Source of the DNA: a virus
Taxonomy: Duplodnaviria; Caudoviricetes
Virus record (IMG/VR): IMGVR_UViG_3300037461_001297
Span: 1-29,622 of that record
Length of the DNA stretch: 29,622 bases
Reading direction: 5' to 3' (one strand)
Numbering within the stretch: the first letter of the stretch is position 1; each line of letters begins with the position of its first letter. The notes beneath the pieces were generated by a model. That model was given only the letters and a program-made list of their open reading frames with translations. It searched no databases and was not told the origin of the DNA. A program made the position numbers and the translations under genes. Below, piece by piece: positions 14,829-23,935 of this stretch.

Positions 14829-15833
14829 TCAGTACTCGATGCGCACGATGGCGGTCGAGACGAAGGCATTGCAGTCGCCGCGCAGGGTGATGGTCATCCC
14901 CTGGAGGTCATGGACCGGGTCGTCGTAGTCCTTGATGGTCAGCCCGCGCGAGAGCACGATGCCCCCGGCGCGCTTCGAGTCGACGACCATGCCCATGATG
15001 TAGGAGTCCGTCCCGCTGCCCCAGGTGTAGGTGCCGCCGGCCACGTCGGCGACGCCGCAGGTCCTCCACTTCATGCCCATGTACCCGTCCGGGATGCGGC
15101 CGTTGCCGATCAGAGAGGGGTTGGGGGCGTTGAGGTCCTGCAGGATGAAGCCCAAGAAGCCGGGGTGCATGATGACCGCGTCGGGGCTGAACCCGGAGCC
15201 GACGGCCTGCGCCATGGCCTTGATAGCGGCCTTCACGCCCAGCGACCCGGCGGTGGTGGTGGTGTCCCACTCATCGCCAGAGCCCTCGAGCATGGTGTTG
15301 TTGCACGCCTGCTCGAAGCCCAGCATCACGCACTTGGATGCGTAGGCGATCTCCTCGGCGATGGCATCGACCATGCCGTCCTCGACCATCTCATTGGAGA
15401 CCTTGGGGCTTCTGCCGTACTTCACCGATGCGAACGTCGAGCTGGTGTAGTCCTGCGACATGTTCGGGATCTCCGCGGCCTCGGCGATGGTCCCGGCGTA
15501 GGCGCCGGCCTGCCCGTAGTTCCACACATAGGCGTTGCCCTTGATCTTGCGCACTGGCAGGATGTCCATCCAGCAGCGCGCAGGGCTGGAGCCCTCCACG
15601 ACCACGTCGGCCACGGCGGTCTGTATCAGCCCGCTCTCGATGCCCTCGGTCAGGAGCAGCTCGCGCTTCACGGCCTTCTGATGGCCGTCCTGCACGTAGC
15701 TCATCTCCTTGGGCATGAGCGCCACAATCTCCTTCTTCCTCGCGTTGTAGGGGTCGAAGGCCAGTTCCAGCATCTTGGTCAACCGGCCCTTGGCCCCCAT
15801 CTTGTCCCAGAGTATCTCTTGCATCTTGTTCAC
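14829..15833 (-). CDS. Major capsid protein (HK97 fold)
   Basis: IAEAAEIP...KYGRSPKVSNEMVEDG...PDAVIMHP...DPVHDLQGMTITLR; 334 aa; gene position. Confidence 0.88.
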   Translation of the reverse strand: MNKMQEILWDKMGAKGRLTKMLELAFDPYNARKKEIVALMPKEMSYVQDGHQKAVKRELLLTEGIESGLIQTAVADVVVEGSSPARCWMDILPVRKIKGNAYVWNYGQAGAYAGTIAEAAEIPNMSQDYTSSTFASVKYGRSPKVSNEMVEDGMVDAIAEEIAYASKCVMLGFEQACNNTMLEGSGDEWDTTTTAGSLGVKAAIKAMAQAVGSGFSPDAVIMHPGFLGFILQDLNAPNPSLIGNGRIPDGYMGMKWRTCGVADVAGGTYTWGSGTDSYIMGMVVDSKRAGGIVLSRGLTIKDYDDPVHDLQGMTITLRGDCNAFVSTAIVRIEY

Positions 15834-15834
15834 C

Positions 15835-16299
15835 TCAGGCCGTGTTGACGCTGGTGATCGGTCCGCATATCAGCCTGACGATCCCGGTGCCGCTTGCGGC
15901 GACGTCGTCCTCAGACACGCCCACGCAGAACTTGAGCACGGCCACGGCCCCAGCGTCGGAGCGCGCGGCGACGCTGACGGTCCCGCCCACGGCGTTGTCG
16001 TTGTCCTCCAGGTAGTCGCCCGCGTCGAATGTCGCGGTGTCATCGGCGTTGGCGCAGTAGACCCTGCACCCCGGACCGGCGACGGCCACCTTGGCGCCAG
16101 TCGTCGCCCCGTAGATGGCCACCCCGACTACCGAGTCGGTCGTCCCCTTCACCGCGGCGTGCACCGTCTGGCTCACGCCAGTGCCGTGGATGGCCACGAC
16201 CTGGCCAGCGACGATGGTCCCTCCCGCGGTGTAGCTCTGTATGTTGTCCCCGCTCACCAGCACGTTGCGGATGGTGGGGAATGCACTTATGTCTCCCAT
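15835..16299 (-). CDS. Capsid decoration / cement protein
   Basis: YTAGGTIVAGQVV...VVGVAIYGA...GAKVAV pattern; between protease and MCP. Confidence 0.7.
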   Translation of the reverse strand: MGDISAFPTIRNVLVSGDNIQSYTAGGTIVAGQVVAIHGTGVSQTVHAAVKGTTDSVVGVAIYGATTGAKVAVAGPGCRVYCANADDTATFDAGDYLEDNDNAVGGTVSVAARSDAGAVAVLKFCVGVSEDDVAASGTGIVRLICGPITSVNTA

Positions 16300-16311
16300 T
16301 TTCGTCTCACC

Positions 16312-17154
16312 TCATCCTATCTCGATGGAACCCTTGGTGATGTTTGGCAGGTTCGCCGGCATCTCCAGCTCCTTCTCCATTCCCTCTCCCTCGAACGTCT
16401 TGGGGTCGGGGGCGCTCTCGATCTTCTCCAACCTCTCCGCGTAGCCCGCCAGCTCCTTCTGGGCGGCGTCCAGCTTCTCGGAGAGCCCCTTCAGCTCCTC
16501 GGGCTTCGCGGCCGGGGCGAGCGCGGCGAGGCGCTTGTCGAGCTCCTTGCCCATCTCGCCCAAAAGGTCGGCCTTGAAAGCCTCGAGCTTCTTGTCCAGC
16601 TCTGCAGCGTCCATAGTCTCGTTCTCCGAGGGCGCATCCTCGTGCCCCCGTATCCGGCATGTCTCGCATGCCCCGCGGTCGACGCTGGCCAGGCCCGAGA
16701 ACTCAATATACCGGGCATGGAACACCTTCGTCGACTCGTCCCATTCGTCAAGCGTGGCGAGCTCGGCGCTCACGGCGTCCGCGAGGCCGCGCTTGACCAT
16801 CTCCGCATGGTCCCTCGACTTGCCAGAGGCAAGATGGAGGAATACGTCTCCCATCACCGCGCTGCCCTCGAAGCGGGGGCTGCGGACCTCCCCGACCTTG
16901 TCGTCGATGGAGCGCGGCGATCCTCCCTGATGACGGAGCCAGTAGCCGTTCGCGCGCCAGTTCGCCGCGTGCTCGCGGAGCACGTCCGCGGAGTAGTGGC
17001 ATGGCGTCTGCGCGTAGCTGTCGGTCCATGTGCCCTCGTCGAGGATTGTCACATTCCTGATCAGGAGGCCTCCGTCGACCTCCTCGAACTTCTTGTCGGG
17101 CGCGAGCTCGAAGTTGAGCATCCGGCCCGTCAGCTTGCCCTTGGGTCTCTCCAC
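16312..17154 (-). CDS. Prohead protease / scaffold protein
   Basis: LLIRNVTILDEGTWTD...LRHQG...DAVSAE...GLASVDRGAC domain followed by a charged coiled-coil tail. Confidence 0.75.
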   Translation of the reverse strand: MERPKGKLTGRMLNFELAPDKKFEEVDGGLLIRNVTILDEGTWTDSYAQTPCHYSADVLREHAANWRANGYWLRHQGGSPRSIDDKVGEVRSPRFEGSAVMGDVFLHLASGKSRDHAEMVKRGLADAVSAELATLDEWDESTKVFHARYIEFSGLASVDRGACETCRIRGHEDAPSENETMDAAELDKKLEAFKADLLGEMGKELDKRLAALAPAAKPEELKGLSEKLDAAQKELAGYAERLEKIESAPDPKTFEGEGMEKELEMPANLPNITKGSIEIG

Positions 17155-17901
17155 TCAGATCACCTCCGGGATGACGGGGATGGTCGTGCACCTGCAGTTA
17201 GGGTGCAGGGGGCAGTCCGGCCCCTCGCCCAGCGCGAACCTCTGCCCGTCCAATGGCCCGCACTGCTCGCACACGCGCTCGTCGGCCGCCGCGAGCCACT
17301 CCTCCTCCTCGATGCCGTTGCGCCGGTAGCGCTGCCTCGCGGTGGCGTTGTAGGCGTAGAGCGTCTCGGTGCGCGCGATGGTCCTCGCTCGGTCGATGCC
17401 GACGTCGGTCGAGGCGTCGATGCGCTTGGCAAGGTCGTCCATGCCCTCCCCCTTCGCCATGCCGTCCGTGAGCTCGCGGACGATGTCCTTGCCCATGTCG
17501 TCGGTCAGCCCCTTCAGCGCGCCGATGTTGCGCTCGAGGAGGAGCTCGGCGAAGGTGCGATCGGCGGGGGCCGCGCCCTGCGCCGGCGTCACGCCCGCGA
17601 GCTTGATGAGCTGGTCGGCCCGGATGTTGGCCATGGCCTGGACCGTGAGGACGTGCTTGCGCGCCTTGCCTGCCGCCCCGCCGAGCACGAGCTCGTCGAG
17701 GATGACCGTGACCTTGGCCTTGAGGAGGGGGACGTTGATGGCGGCCGGGACGTCGGCCGCGGCCATCTCCTTGGAGGCCTCGACCGCGAACCGGAGGTCG
17801 CCGCGCACGTGCTCGATGAGGCCGACGAGCTCGCGCTCGTACGCCCTGACCAAGCGCTTCGTCTGCGTCGGGTCCCTGCGGAGCGCGGCCGAGATCCTCA
17901 G
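17155..17901 (-). CDS. Head morphogenesis protein (SPP1 gp7 / MuF family), probable CTG start
   Basis: RARTIARTETLYAYN...WLAAADERVCEQCGPLDG...PLHPNCRC; in-frame extension LRISAALRRDPTQT up to the CTGA overlap. Confidence 0.9.
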   Translation of the reverse strand: MRISAALRRDPTQTKRLVRAYERELVGLIEHVRGDLRFAVEASKEMAAADVPAAINVPLLKAKVTVILDELVLGGAAGKARKHVLTVQAMANIRADQLIKLAGVTPAQGAAPADRTFAELLLERNIGALKGLTDDMGKDIVRELTDGMAKGEGMDDLAKRIDASTDVGIDRARTIARTETLYAYNATARQRYRRNGIEEEEWLAAADERVCEQCGPLDGQRFALGEGPDCPLHPNCRCTTIPVIPEVI

Positions 17902-18824
17902 AATATCAACCCCGTGCGGAGCATGTTGGCGCTCGTGTGCAGGCCGATGTAGAGGTACTCGATGCCGTTCGACTCGATGATGTAGAGGAGCCTGTCCCCG
18001 ACGTGCGCCGTGCCGAATGCCAGGAGGTACTCGGTGCAGAGCGGAGTGATGGTCAGGGCGGAGAGGTCCATTTCAAAGCACACGCCCGTGGCGTTGCGAT
18101 GAATGATGATCTTGTCGGTGCCCCACCTGGTGGTGACCATGGTCCCGGTGGTGAACGTCTCGGTCGCCGGAACGAACGTGAGCGTGGACCATCCCGGCGA
18201 CGAGATGTTGTACTCGTAGACCGTGGCCGTTGCTCCGCCTCGTATGCAGATGAGCTTGGTGGCCGAGTAGGACGGCAGGAACACCAGGGCGCACCCGGCC
18301 CCTGGCGCAGCGGTCACGGCCGTGCCCGTCGCCCAGGCGTTGGTGCTTATGGTGTAGTTGTAGAAGGCGGTGGCGTTGTTGCCGATGAGGTAGATGATGT
18401 CGCTCGACGGGCCGCCGTACGTCACGCAGGGGAAGCACAGGCATCCGTCCGTCCCGAACGTCGCCGGGAGGTTGGTCACGCTCCTCGACGTCCAGGTGTT
18501 GGTCGAGGGGCTGTAGTACTGGAACGTCGGCGCTCCCGTTCCGCTGGTGATCAGCGCCCAGACCCTATCGTTCACCGGGTCGTAGGCCATGCACGTGCCC
18601 GCGCCGACCGTGCCCCCTGGGGGCGAAGCGAGCTGCTGGTACGAGTTGGCCTGGACATCGTAGCGGTAGAACGCGGTGGCTGAGATGAGGATGTAGATGT
18701 AGCGCGAGGTGCCGCGCTTGTCGTGGCAGGCGGTGACGCCGACCGCGGCGGCCGAGGGGAGCGGCTGCAGGACCTCCCATTGAGGCAGGTCTATGGTCGG
18801 CTTGTTGTTGTTGGTGACGGCCAT
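17898..18824 (-). CDS. Kelch-like beta-propeller protein (308 aa)
   Basis: Repeated FYRYD...Y, FQYYS...W, FYNYT...W, YEYNI...W blades with GAG turns. Confidence 0.8.
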   Translation of the reverse strand: MAVTNNNKPTIDLPQWEVLQPLPSAAAVGVTACHDKRGTSRYIYILISATAFYRYDVQANSYQQLASPPGGTVGAGTCMAYDPVNDRVWALITSGTGAPTFQYYSPSTNTWTSRSVTNLPATFGTDGCLCFPCVTYGGPSSDIIYLIGNNATAFYNYTISTNAWATGTAVTAAPGAGCALVFLPSYSATKLICIRGGATATVYEYNISSPGWSTLTFVPATETFTTGTMVTTRWGTDKIIIHRNATGVCFEMDLSALTITPLCTEYLLAFGTAHVGDRLLYIIESNGIEYLYIGLHTSANMLRTGLIF

Positions 18825-19169
18825 CTACTCCCTCCCGTAGGCGTCGAGCGCCCGCCTCGCCATCTCGCTGGCCTCATCCATGCTCATCGGCGCGTCGCCC
18901 TCCTTGAGCGGATGGTAGCGCTGCACCACGGCCGGCACCCCGCCCACACATACCTCATATCCGAAGCCGTCGGAGTGGCGCACGATGCGCGCGTGCACGG
19001 CCAAGGCCATCGGGTCGTTGCCCTCGGGGTCCATCTCCGGGAGCGAGGCCACGGAGCGCAGCGCCTCGACCTCCTGCTGCCTGATGACCGCGACGGCATC
19101 CTCGGCGGGCGCTTTCGCTGGAACATCGTGCGCCTCCCCCTTGCCCCTGAGGCGGGATAGCAGCCCCAT
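18825..19169 (-). CDS. Hypothetical protein (114 aa)
   Basis: TGATG coupling; GFGYEVCVGG...VQRYHP motif. Confidence 0.7.
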   Translation of the reverse strand: MGLLSRLRGKGEAHDVPAKAPAEDAVAVIRQQEVEALRSVASLPEMDPEGNDPMALAVHARIVRHSDGFGYEVCVGGVPAVVQRYHPLKEGDAPMSMDEASEMARRALDAYGRE

Positions 19170-19468
19170 CAGCTCACCACCAGATTGTCTCGGAAGCACC
19201 CGCACCGCGAGATGTGCTGCTGATATGCCACGATGGTCATCCCGGCCACCGTGGTGTTGCCCAGGTTCGTGACGTTGGTCACGGTCGTGACGGTGCCGGA
19301 TGATAGGACCGTCGCCTCCGAGGATACGCGCAGACGCCCAGAGGAGTCGGTGTTGAGCTTGTGCAGCACCGCCCGCAGCGTGCGGAGCGTGAAGGGGTCG
19401 TCGTTCACGCCGACGACGTAGCGCTCGCGGTCGTTCACCGGGTCGTTGACGTGCTCATTCTGGGGCAT
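19169..19468 (-). CDS. Hypothetical Thr/Val-rich protein (99 aa), fibre-like
   Basis: DSSGRLRV...GTVTTVTNVTN; GGAGG SD. Confidence 0.7.
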   Translation of the reverse strand: MPQNEHVNDPVNDRERYVVGVNDDPFTLRTLRAVLHKLNTDSSGRLRVSSEATVLSSGTVTTVTNVTNLGNTTVAGMTIVAYQQHISRCGCFRDNLVVS

Positions 19469-20606
19469 CGCCCTCCTCCTCCTCGACCTCTATCTCGAGG
19501 AACTCCTGCGCCCACTCCGGGGTGATGATGGCGTAGGGATCGGCCTGGTTCGCCTGGAAGAGCTTGGCGACGACCTCGGCCTTGCGCAGCAGGGCGTCGA
19601 TGCTCGCCTCGTTGAACTTGAACCATACGGAGCCGGGGCGCTGGGTCAGCCGGTCGACCACCTGGCGGTTGAGCTGCGAGGAGAAGCGCCTCTGGATGCT
19701 CCCGATCTTCTGCTTGAAGGTGTCCAGGCGCACGTTGGCGGTCGCCTCGGTGCTGCCCCGGCCCAGGCCGAGCATCTCCTCGGGGACGCCCAGCGCGGCC
19801 GCCAGCCTCTGCGCCGCCCAATTGCTGTAGGGCTGCGCCTGGTGCACGCCGGACTGGTCGATGTTCGTGATGCTCACGTCCTTGGTCGTGACCCACTCCA
19901 TGTTCGGCTTGAGGTCCTCGAACTCCTTCCCCAGGTCCTGGAGCGTGTCGCGCGGCACCCGTTCGCCGGGGAGGCCCACCTGGACGTGATAGCGAGAATA
20001 CCCATGCCTCTGGATGCTCACGACGGTGGCGTCGGCGATGGCCGCGTCGGCGATGATGTCCTGGTACGCCCTGCGTATCAGGTGCATGTCCAGCTCGAGG
20101 ACGAACACTTGGTCGGGCTCCAGGAGCACGTTCACCGTCTCGTTGTCGCGCTTCACCGTCTGCCGCCAGCGCACGACGTTGCCGCGCGCGTCCTTGAGCG
20201 GGCGGAAGGTCTCGGCGGGGCGGTACTGCAGGCCGACCACCTGGTTCCGCGCCCGGTTCCACACGATCTCGGCGATGCCCCTCCCTACGACGAGCGCGTC
20301 CACGATCATGCGGTGGCCGAGCACCTCGACGCTCTGCGAGTCGAGGAAGAGCTGCACGGCCTCGGCCGGCGCCCCCTCCTCCCCTTCGAGCGCGTAGCCG
20401 TTGGCCCACACGAACAGGGGATAGGCGTCCATTGACTCGGCGACGATGCCCCCCTGGACGTACATGCGGCGGAACTTCGCCATGTCCTCGAGGTCCTTGT
20501 CGAAGACGTCCGGCGCCGTGCCGCTCTTGAATGACGCCATAGCGTACGCCTCGCCCTCCGCCTCGGGTTCCGCCCTCTTCCCGAATATCCTCTCCCTCAA
20601 TGTCAT
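19455..20606 (-). CDS. Portal protein (383 aa)
   Basis: Follows TerL; DALVVGRGIAEIV...LAAALGVPEEMLG...STEATA...VWFKFNE. Confidence 0.85.
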   Translation of the reverse strand: MTLRERIFGKRAEPEAEGEAYAMASFKSGTAPDVFDKDLEDMAKFRRMYVQGGIVAESMDAYPLFVWANGYALEGEEGAPAEAVQLFLDSQSVEVLGHRMIVDALVVGRGIAEIVWNRARNQVVGLQYRPAETFRPLKDARGNVVRWRQTVKRDNETVNVLLEPDQVFVLELDMHLIRRAYQDIIADAAIADATVVSIQRHGYSRYHVQVGLPGERVPRDTLQDLGKEFEDLKPNMEWVTTKDVSITNIDQSGVHQAQPYSNWAAQRLAAALGVPEEMLGLGRGSTEATANVRLDTFKQKIGSIQRRFSSQLNRQVVDRLTQRPGSVWFKFNEASIDALLRKAEVVAKLFQANQADPYAIITPEWAQEFLEIEVEEEEGDAPE

Positions 20607-20869
20607 GCCAGTAGCCTCCTCTGCCTGCGCTTCTCGCCACACTCCGGGCACTCGTCGAGGAAGTCGTTCCTCATGGACTCGTGCACCTCGTAGGCCCGGC
20701 CGCAGGCGCGGCAGTCGTTGAACACGATCTCCTTCGGGCGGAACCGCTCGCACTCGGTGCGCCTCGACTGCAGGCTGATGCATACGCCCTGGTCGGTGCA
20801 CTCGTCGCACAGGCTGCGGCGCGAGATGCGCATGAAGCGCTTCTCCTCCCCGATCTCCCCGAAGGGCAT
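20603..20869 (-). CDS. Zn-ribbon protein (FmdB-like C-terminus)
   Basis: CDEC...C...C and CRACG...CPECG. Confidence 0.7.
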   Translation of the reverse strand: MPFGEIGEEKRFMRISRRSLCDECTDQGVCISLQSRRTECERFRPKEIVFNDCRACGRAYEVHESMRNDFLDECPECGEKRRQRRLLA

Positions 20870-21003
20870 CAGCTCGCCTCCAGCTCGATATGCCCGCAGT
20901 GCTGGCAGGTCACGTAGCCAGTATATGACTCGAAGTTGCCCAGGCCGTCCGCCGCGACCTCCTCGACGGGGATGATGCCGTGGTCGCAGAAGGGGCAGCT
21001 CAT
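20869..21003 (-). CDS. Small Zn-ribbon protein (44 aa)
   Basis: MSCPFC...TCQHCG; ATGA coupling to TerL. Confidence 0.65.
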   Translation of the reverse strand: MSCPFCDHGIIPVEEVAADGLGNFESYTGYVTCQHCGHIELEAS

Positions 21004-22361
21004 CGCCGCACCCTCCCGGAGTAGGTCTCCCACCGGCCGGGGTCCGGCCCCTGCTCCCCCAGCGCGAGCTCGGTGATCGCCCACACTAGCGCGTCCATGC
21101 GGTCCGGCGAGCCCTCCCCAGGCACCCAGCCGCACATCTGCGACTCCAGCGCGGGAAGCGCGCCGACGTGGTGGACCTTTCCCTGCTCGTAGAGGGCGGC
21201 GACCGGCTCGGCGCGGATCTGCTTGCCCCGCGAGGCGTGGACCGCCTTGAACGAGGCCCTCGGCCCGACCGTGCGGATGTTCGCCTCGACCAGGTCCCCC
21301 CCGTTGTTGACCTCGCCGACGATGCGGTCGGCCCGGTGCGCGTCGTAGCAGGTGAGCGCCCGGATGGCCCACGCGGACGGGCTCGCCTTGAGCGAGGCGT
21401 CCTCGAGGACGTAGACATGGCCGTTCTCCGCGATGCCGGCGACGACGATGCCCGTCTCGTCGCTGTCCGCGTCCGAGGTGACGGCCGGGTCGACGCCGAC
21501 GACCACGCGCCTGAGCGGCGGGGCCCTGGCGACGCGCGAGGCGTCGATGAGCTCCAGCCTCCACAGCGCCCCGATGCGGTCGCCGAGGAACTCGCACTCG
21601 AACTCCTGGGCGTACATGCGGGAGCCGAGGCGCAGCCTCATGTCCTCGAGGAAGTCCTTGGAGATCCTCGGCACCTGCTCCGCCCTGACGACGACATGCT
21701 CCCACTCCAGGGACTCGCACGCCTCGAAGTAATGGCCGCTCTTGCCCCTGGGGGTGGAGAGCAGGTCTATCTCCCCGTTCGAGACGGCGAGCATCGGGAG
21801 GACGGCGGCATGCAGCTCGTCCGGCACGGCCGCCGCCTCGTCCTCGATGATGAGGTCGACATGACTGTAGCCGCGGACGGTCGCCTCGGACGACGGGAGC
21901 GAGACGATGCGGGAGCCACCTCGCAGCGCCATGCTCAGCCGGTTGTCCTCGACGAGCCTCGGCCGTGACGGAAGAGAGTCATAGAGATCGGAGACCTTGC
22001 GGAAGAGCTCCGAGGACTGCCTGAGCGAAGGGGAGATGAGGATTACGAGCGCGCCCTGCTTGTGGATGACGCGGTGCAGCGCCTTGACCGCGGCGACGGT
22101 GCTCTTGCCCGATTGCCGGCAGCAGTTGAGCGCCTTGCGCTTCGACGGCGAGAGGAGGTACCTCTTCTGCCAATCGTCGAGCGCTATGCCGAGCTCGTCC
22201 CTCGCCCAGCGGACGGGGTCGATGGCGTGCAGGAGCTCGCGCGCCGGGACGCCCTTCAGAAGATTCGCCTTATGGGGGGAGGCTTTGCTTCCCGGCCGCG
22301 CGGGCATTGTACATAAGTGTTCATGCGACGTCGCATAATCAGAGGCTATGCGGGGGCTCAT
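21000..22361 (-). CDS. terL: Terminase large subunit
   Basis: Walker A CRQSGKST, Walker B LIIEDEAA, LSTPRG coupling motif, nuclease GVDPA...DETG and PDRMDAL. Confidence 0.95.
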   Translation of the reverse strand: MSPRIASDYATSHEHLCTMPARPGSKASPHKANLLKGVPARELLHAIDPVRWARDELGIALDDWQKRYLLSPSKRKALNCCRQSGKSTVAAVKALHRVIHKQGALVILISPSLRQSSELFRKVSDLYDSLPSRPRLVEDNRLSMALRGGSRIVSLPSSEATVRGYSHVDLIIEDEAAAVPDELHAAVLPMLAVSNGEIDLLSTPRGKSGHYFEACESLEWEHVVVRAEQVPRISKDFLEDMRLRLGSRMYAQEFECEFLGDRIGALWRLELIDASRVARAPPLRRVVVGVDPAVTSDADSDETGIVVAGIAENGHVYVLEDASLKASPSAWAIRALTCYDAHRADRIVGEVNNGGDLVEANIRTVGPRASFKAVHASRGKQIRAEPVAALYEQGKVHHVGALPALESQMCGWVPGEGSPDRMDALVWAITELALGEQGPDPGRWETYSGRVRR

Positions 22362-22861
22362 GGGGAGAGGGCCTCCAGGCGCTGCGCCAGCTCCTCGCGT
22401 ATCTCGGGATGGTCCTCGACGAGCTGCAGCAGCACGGCCTTCTGCGCGGCGAGGCTCGGGGCCCTGTCGGGCTCCTCTTCCTCCTCGGGCGCAGCGATCT
22501 TCGAGGACATCGAGAACGACTTGCGGCCATACTCGGCGAAGAAGGAGCGCTCGAGGAACCACTTCATGTTCTCGTTGAGCTTCTCCGGGTCCTTGTTGTT
22601 GAGGAGGTACTCGATGCATACCTGCTGGACCTGCGCGCGCGCCTGCGTCGCAGCCTGCATGAACTGCGAAAACGGGGTGTCGCGCCCGGCGGCGGCGTCC
22701 TTCTCGCCGCGCTCGATCCAGCCGTGATAGGTCCGCTCGCCGACGCCCACGAGCTGGCAGGCGCGCTCGATGAACGCCCCCCTGCGTATGCACTCGATGA
22801 TGCGCTCCTGCAGCTCGGGGGTGAGCTTGCTAGGGCGGCCGCCCTTGCGCTTCGTCCCCAT
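22358..22861 (-). CDS. terS: Terminase small subunit
   Basis: GRPSKLTPE...HTH ACQLVGVGERTYHGW; directly upstream of TerL with ATGA overlap. Confidence 0.8.
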   Translation of the reverse strand: MGTKRKGGRPSKLTPELQERIIECIRRGAFIERACQLVGVGERTYHGWIERGEKDAAAGRDTPFSQFMQAATQARAQVQQVCIEYLLNNKDPEKLNENMKWFLERSFFAEYGRKSFSMSSKIAAPEEEEEPDRAPSLAAQKAVLLQLVEDHPEIREELAQRLEALSP

Positions 22862-22890
22862 CCACTAGGGGATTCGCCTGGGCGCATTAC

Positions 22891-23067
22891 CTACGTTGTT
22901 GCACGAATTGCGTGAAAAGTGAGATATTGTTGCGCCCTCGGCATGAGACGCTCCGTGTACGCACGATACCCCTCGCTCTCGGTGACGTGAGGGGGGCATC
23001 CCTCCCGGCGGCAGGCCCGGTCCCCGATGTCACCGAGGGGGCAGGCGGAGAGGGAGCGGCAGATCAT
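22891..23067 (-). CDS. Small Cys-rich hypothetical protein (58 aa)
   Basis: ATGA coupling, GGAGG SD. Confidence 0.5.
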   Translation of the reverse strand: MICRSLSACPLGDIGDRACRREGCPPHVTESEGYRAYTERLMPRAQQYLTFHAIRATT

Positions 23068-23324
23068 CTCAGCCCTCCCGCCCGCCTCGCGCCCTTCTCC
23101 GTCAGCATGAGCACCTCGGTGCGATTCCGCCGCCCCCTGACGCGCGCCTTCCTCGCGTCGATGAGCCCCTCGGCCTGGAGGTGCGATATCTGTGTGTAGG
23201 CATAGGCCTTCGACGCGTCCACCGCCTGCACGACTCCCCTCCGGGTGCACTCGTCGGGGGCGTAGGCATCGGAGCGGACCGGGTGCTCGAGGAGGTGCAG
23301 CAGTATCCTGTCGCGGATGGACAT
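23064..23324 (-). CDS. Winged-helix DNA-binding protein
   Basis: RDRILLHLL...HLQAEGLI...VRGRRNRTEVLMLTEKG. Confidence 0.75.
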   Translation of the reverse strand: MSIRDRILLHLLEHPVRSDAYAPDECTRRGVVQAVDASKAYAYTQISHLQAEGLIDARKARVRGRRNRTEVLMLTEKGARRAGGLR

Positions 23325-23585
23325 CTACTTCCTCCTCTTCTTCCCTGTATAGCGCTCTTTGGAATCCTTCATCCCGATATTGAGGAGGCCCGCCTCCCTG
23401 TGCACGGCGGCCACGGTGCGGGTGGTGCCGCGGTCGGTGAATATCTTGGCGAGTTCCTTGGCCTCGACGCTCCCGTAATACTTCCAGAGTATATCGAGGT
23501 CTTCCTCGGACCATGGGTACTTCGAGCGCTTGCCGACGAGGCCCTCCAGCTCGGGGATGACGACCTCCTTCTCCTTGTATCTCAT
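23325..23585 (-). CDS. Small HTH (Myb/SANT-like) protein (86 aa)
   Basis: WSEEDLDILWKYY...ELAKIF...RTVAAVHREA. Confidence 0.7.
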   Translation of the reverse strand: MRYKEKEVVIPELEGLVGKRSKYPWSEEDLDILWKYYGSVEAKELAKIFTDRGTTRTVAAVHREAGLLNIGMKDSKERYTGKKRRK

Positions 23586-23935
23586 GCCCTCGCCCCCTTC
23601 TCCCATGCCATGAGCGCGTCCAGCGAGTCGAACACGGGGATGCCGAGCCTCGCCGCCCATTCGAGCTCCTGCGCGACGCCGACGCTCCTCTGCCAATCGC
23701 CGACGAGCAGCACCGCGTCCGACACGGTCAGCCATGCGAGCGAGAGCTCGTAGTAGGCCGATTTCGGTATCATCGGCCTCTCTAGGACGAGCTGGAAGTC
23801 GAGCCAGGAGCAATAGGGGGCGAAGCCCAGGTCGAGGAGGCGCGCCGCGACCTCGACGCCCTGCGCGATGTTCCTGAGCACGTCCATGACGTTGTCCGCT
23901 GAATAGGGCCCGGCGATGTAGACGCGCTTCCTCAT
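23582..23935 (-). CDS. DUF4406/DUF1937-like protein (nucleoside deoxyribosyltransferase-like fold)
   Basis: RVYIAGPYS...SDAVLLVGDWQRSVGVAQELEWAARLGIPVF. Confidence 0.85.
   Translation of the reverse strand: MRKRVYIAGPYSADNVMDVLRNIAQGVEVAARLLDLGFAPYCSWLDFQLVLERPMIPKSAYYELSLAWLTVSDAVLLVGDWQRSVGVAQELEWAARLGIPVFDSLDALMAWEKGARA

Noticed and set aside
15775-17952. 725-aa plus-strand ORF (likewise 14445-15848, 12189-13346 and similar)
   Set aside because: Antisense shadows of clear minus-strand structural genes
21000-22793. 597-aa terminase as given by the ORF track
   Set aside because: The N-terminal 144 aa overlap TerS in another frame; the ATGA-coupled start at 22361 is more plausible
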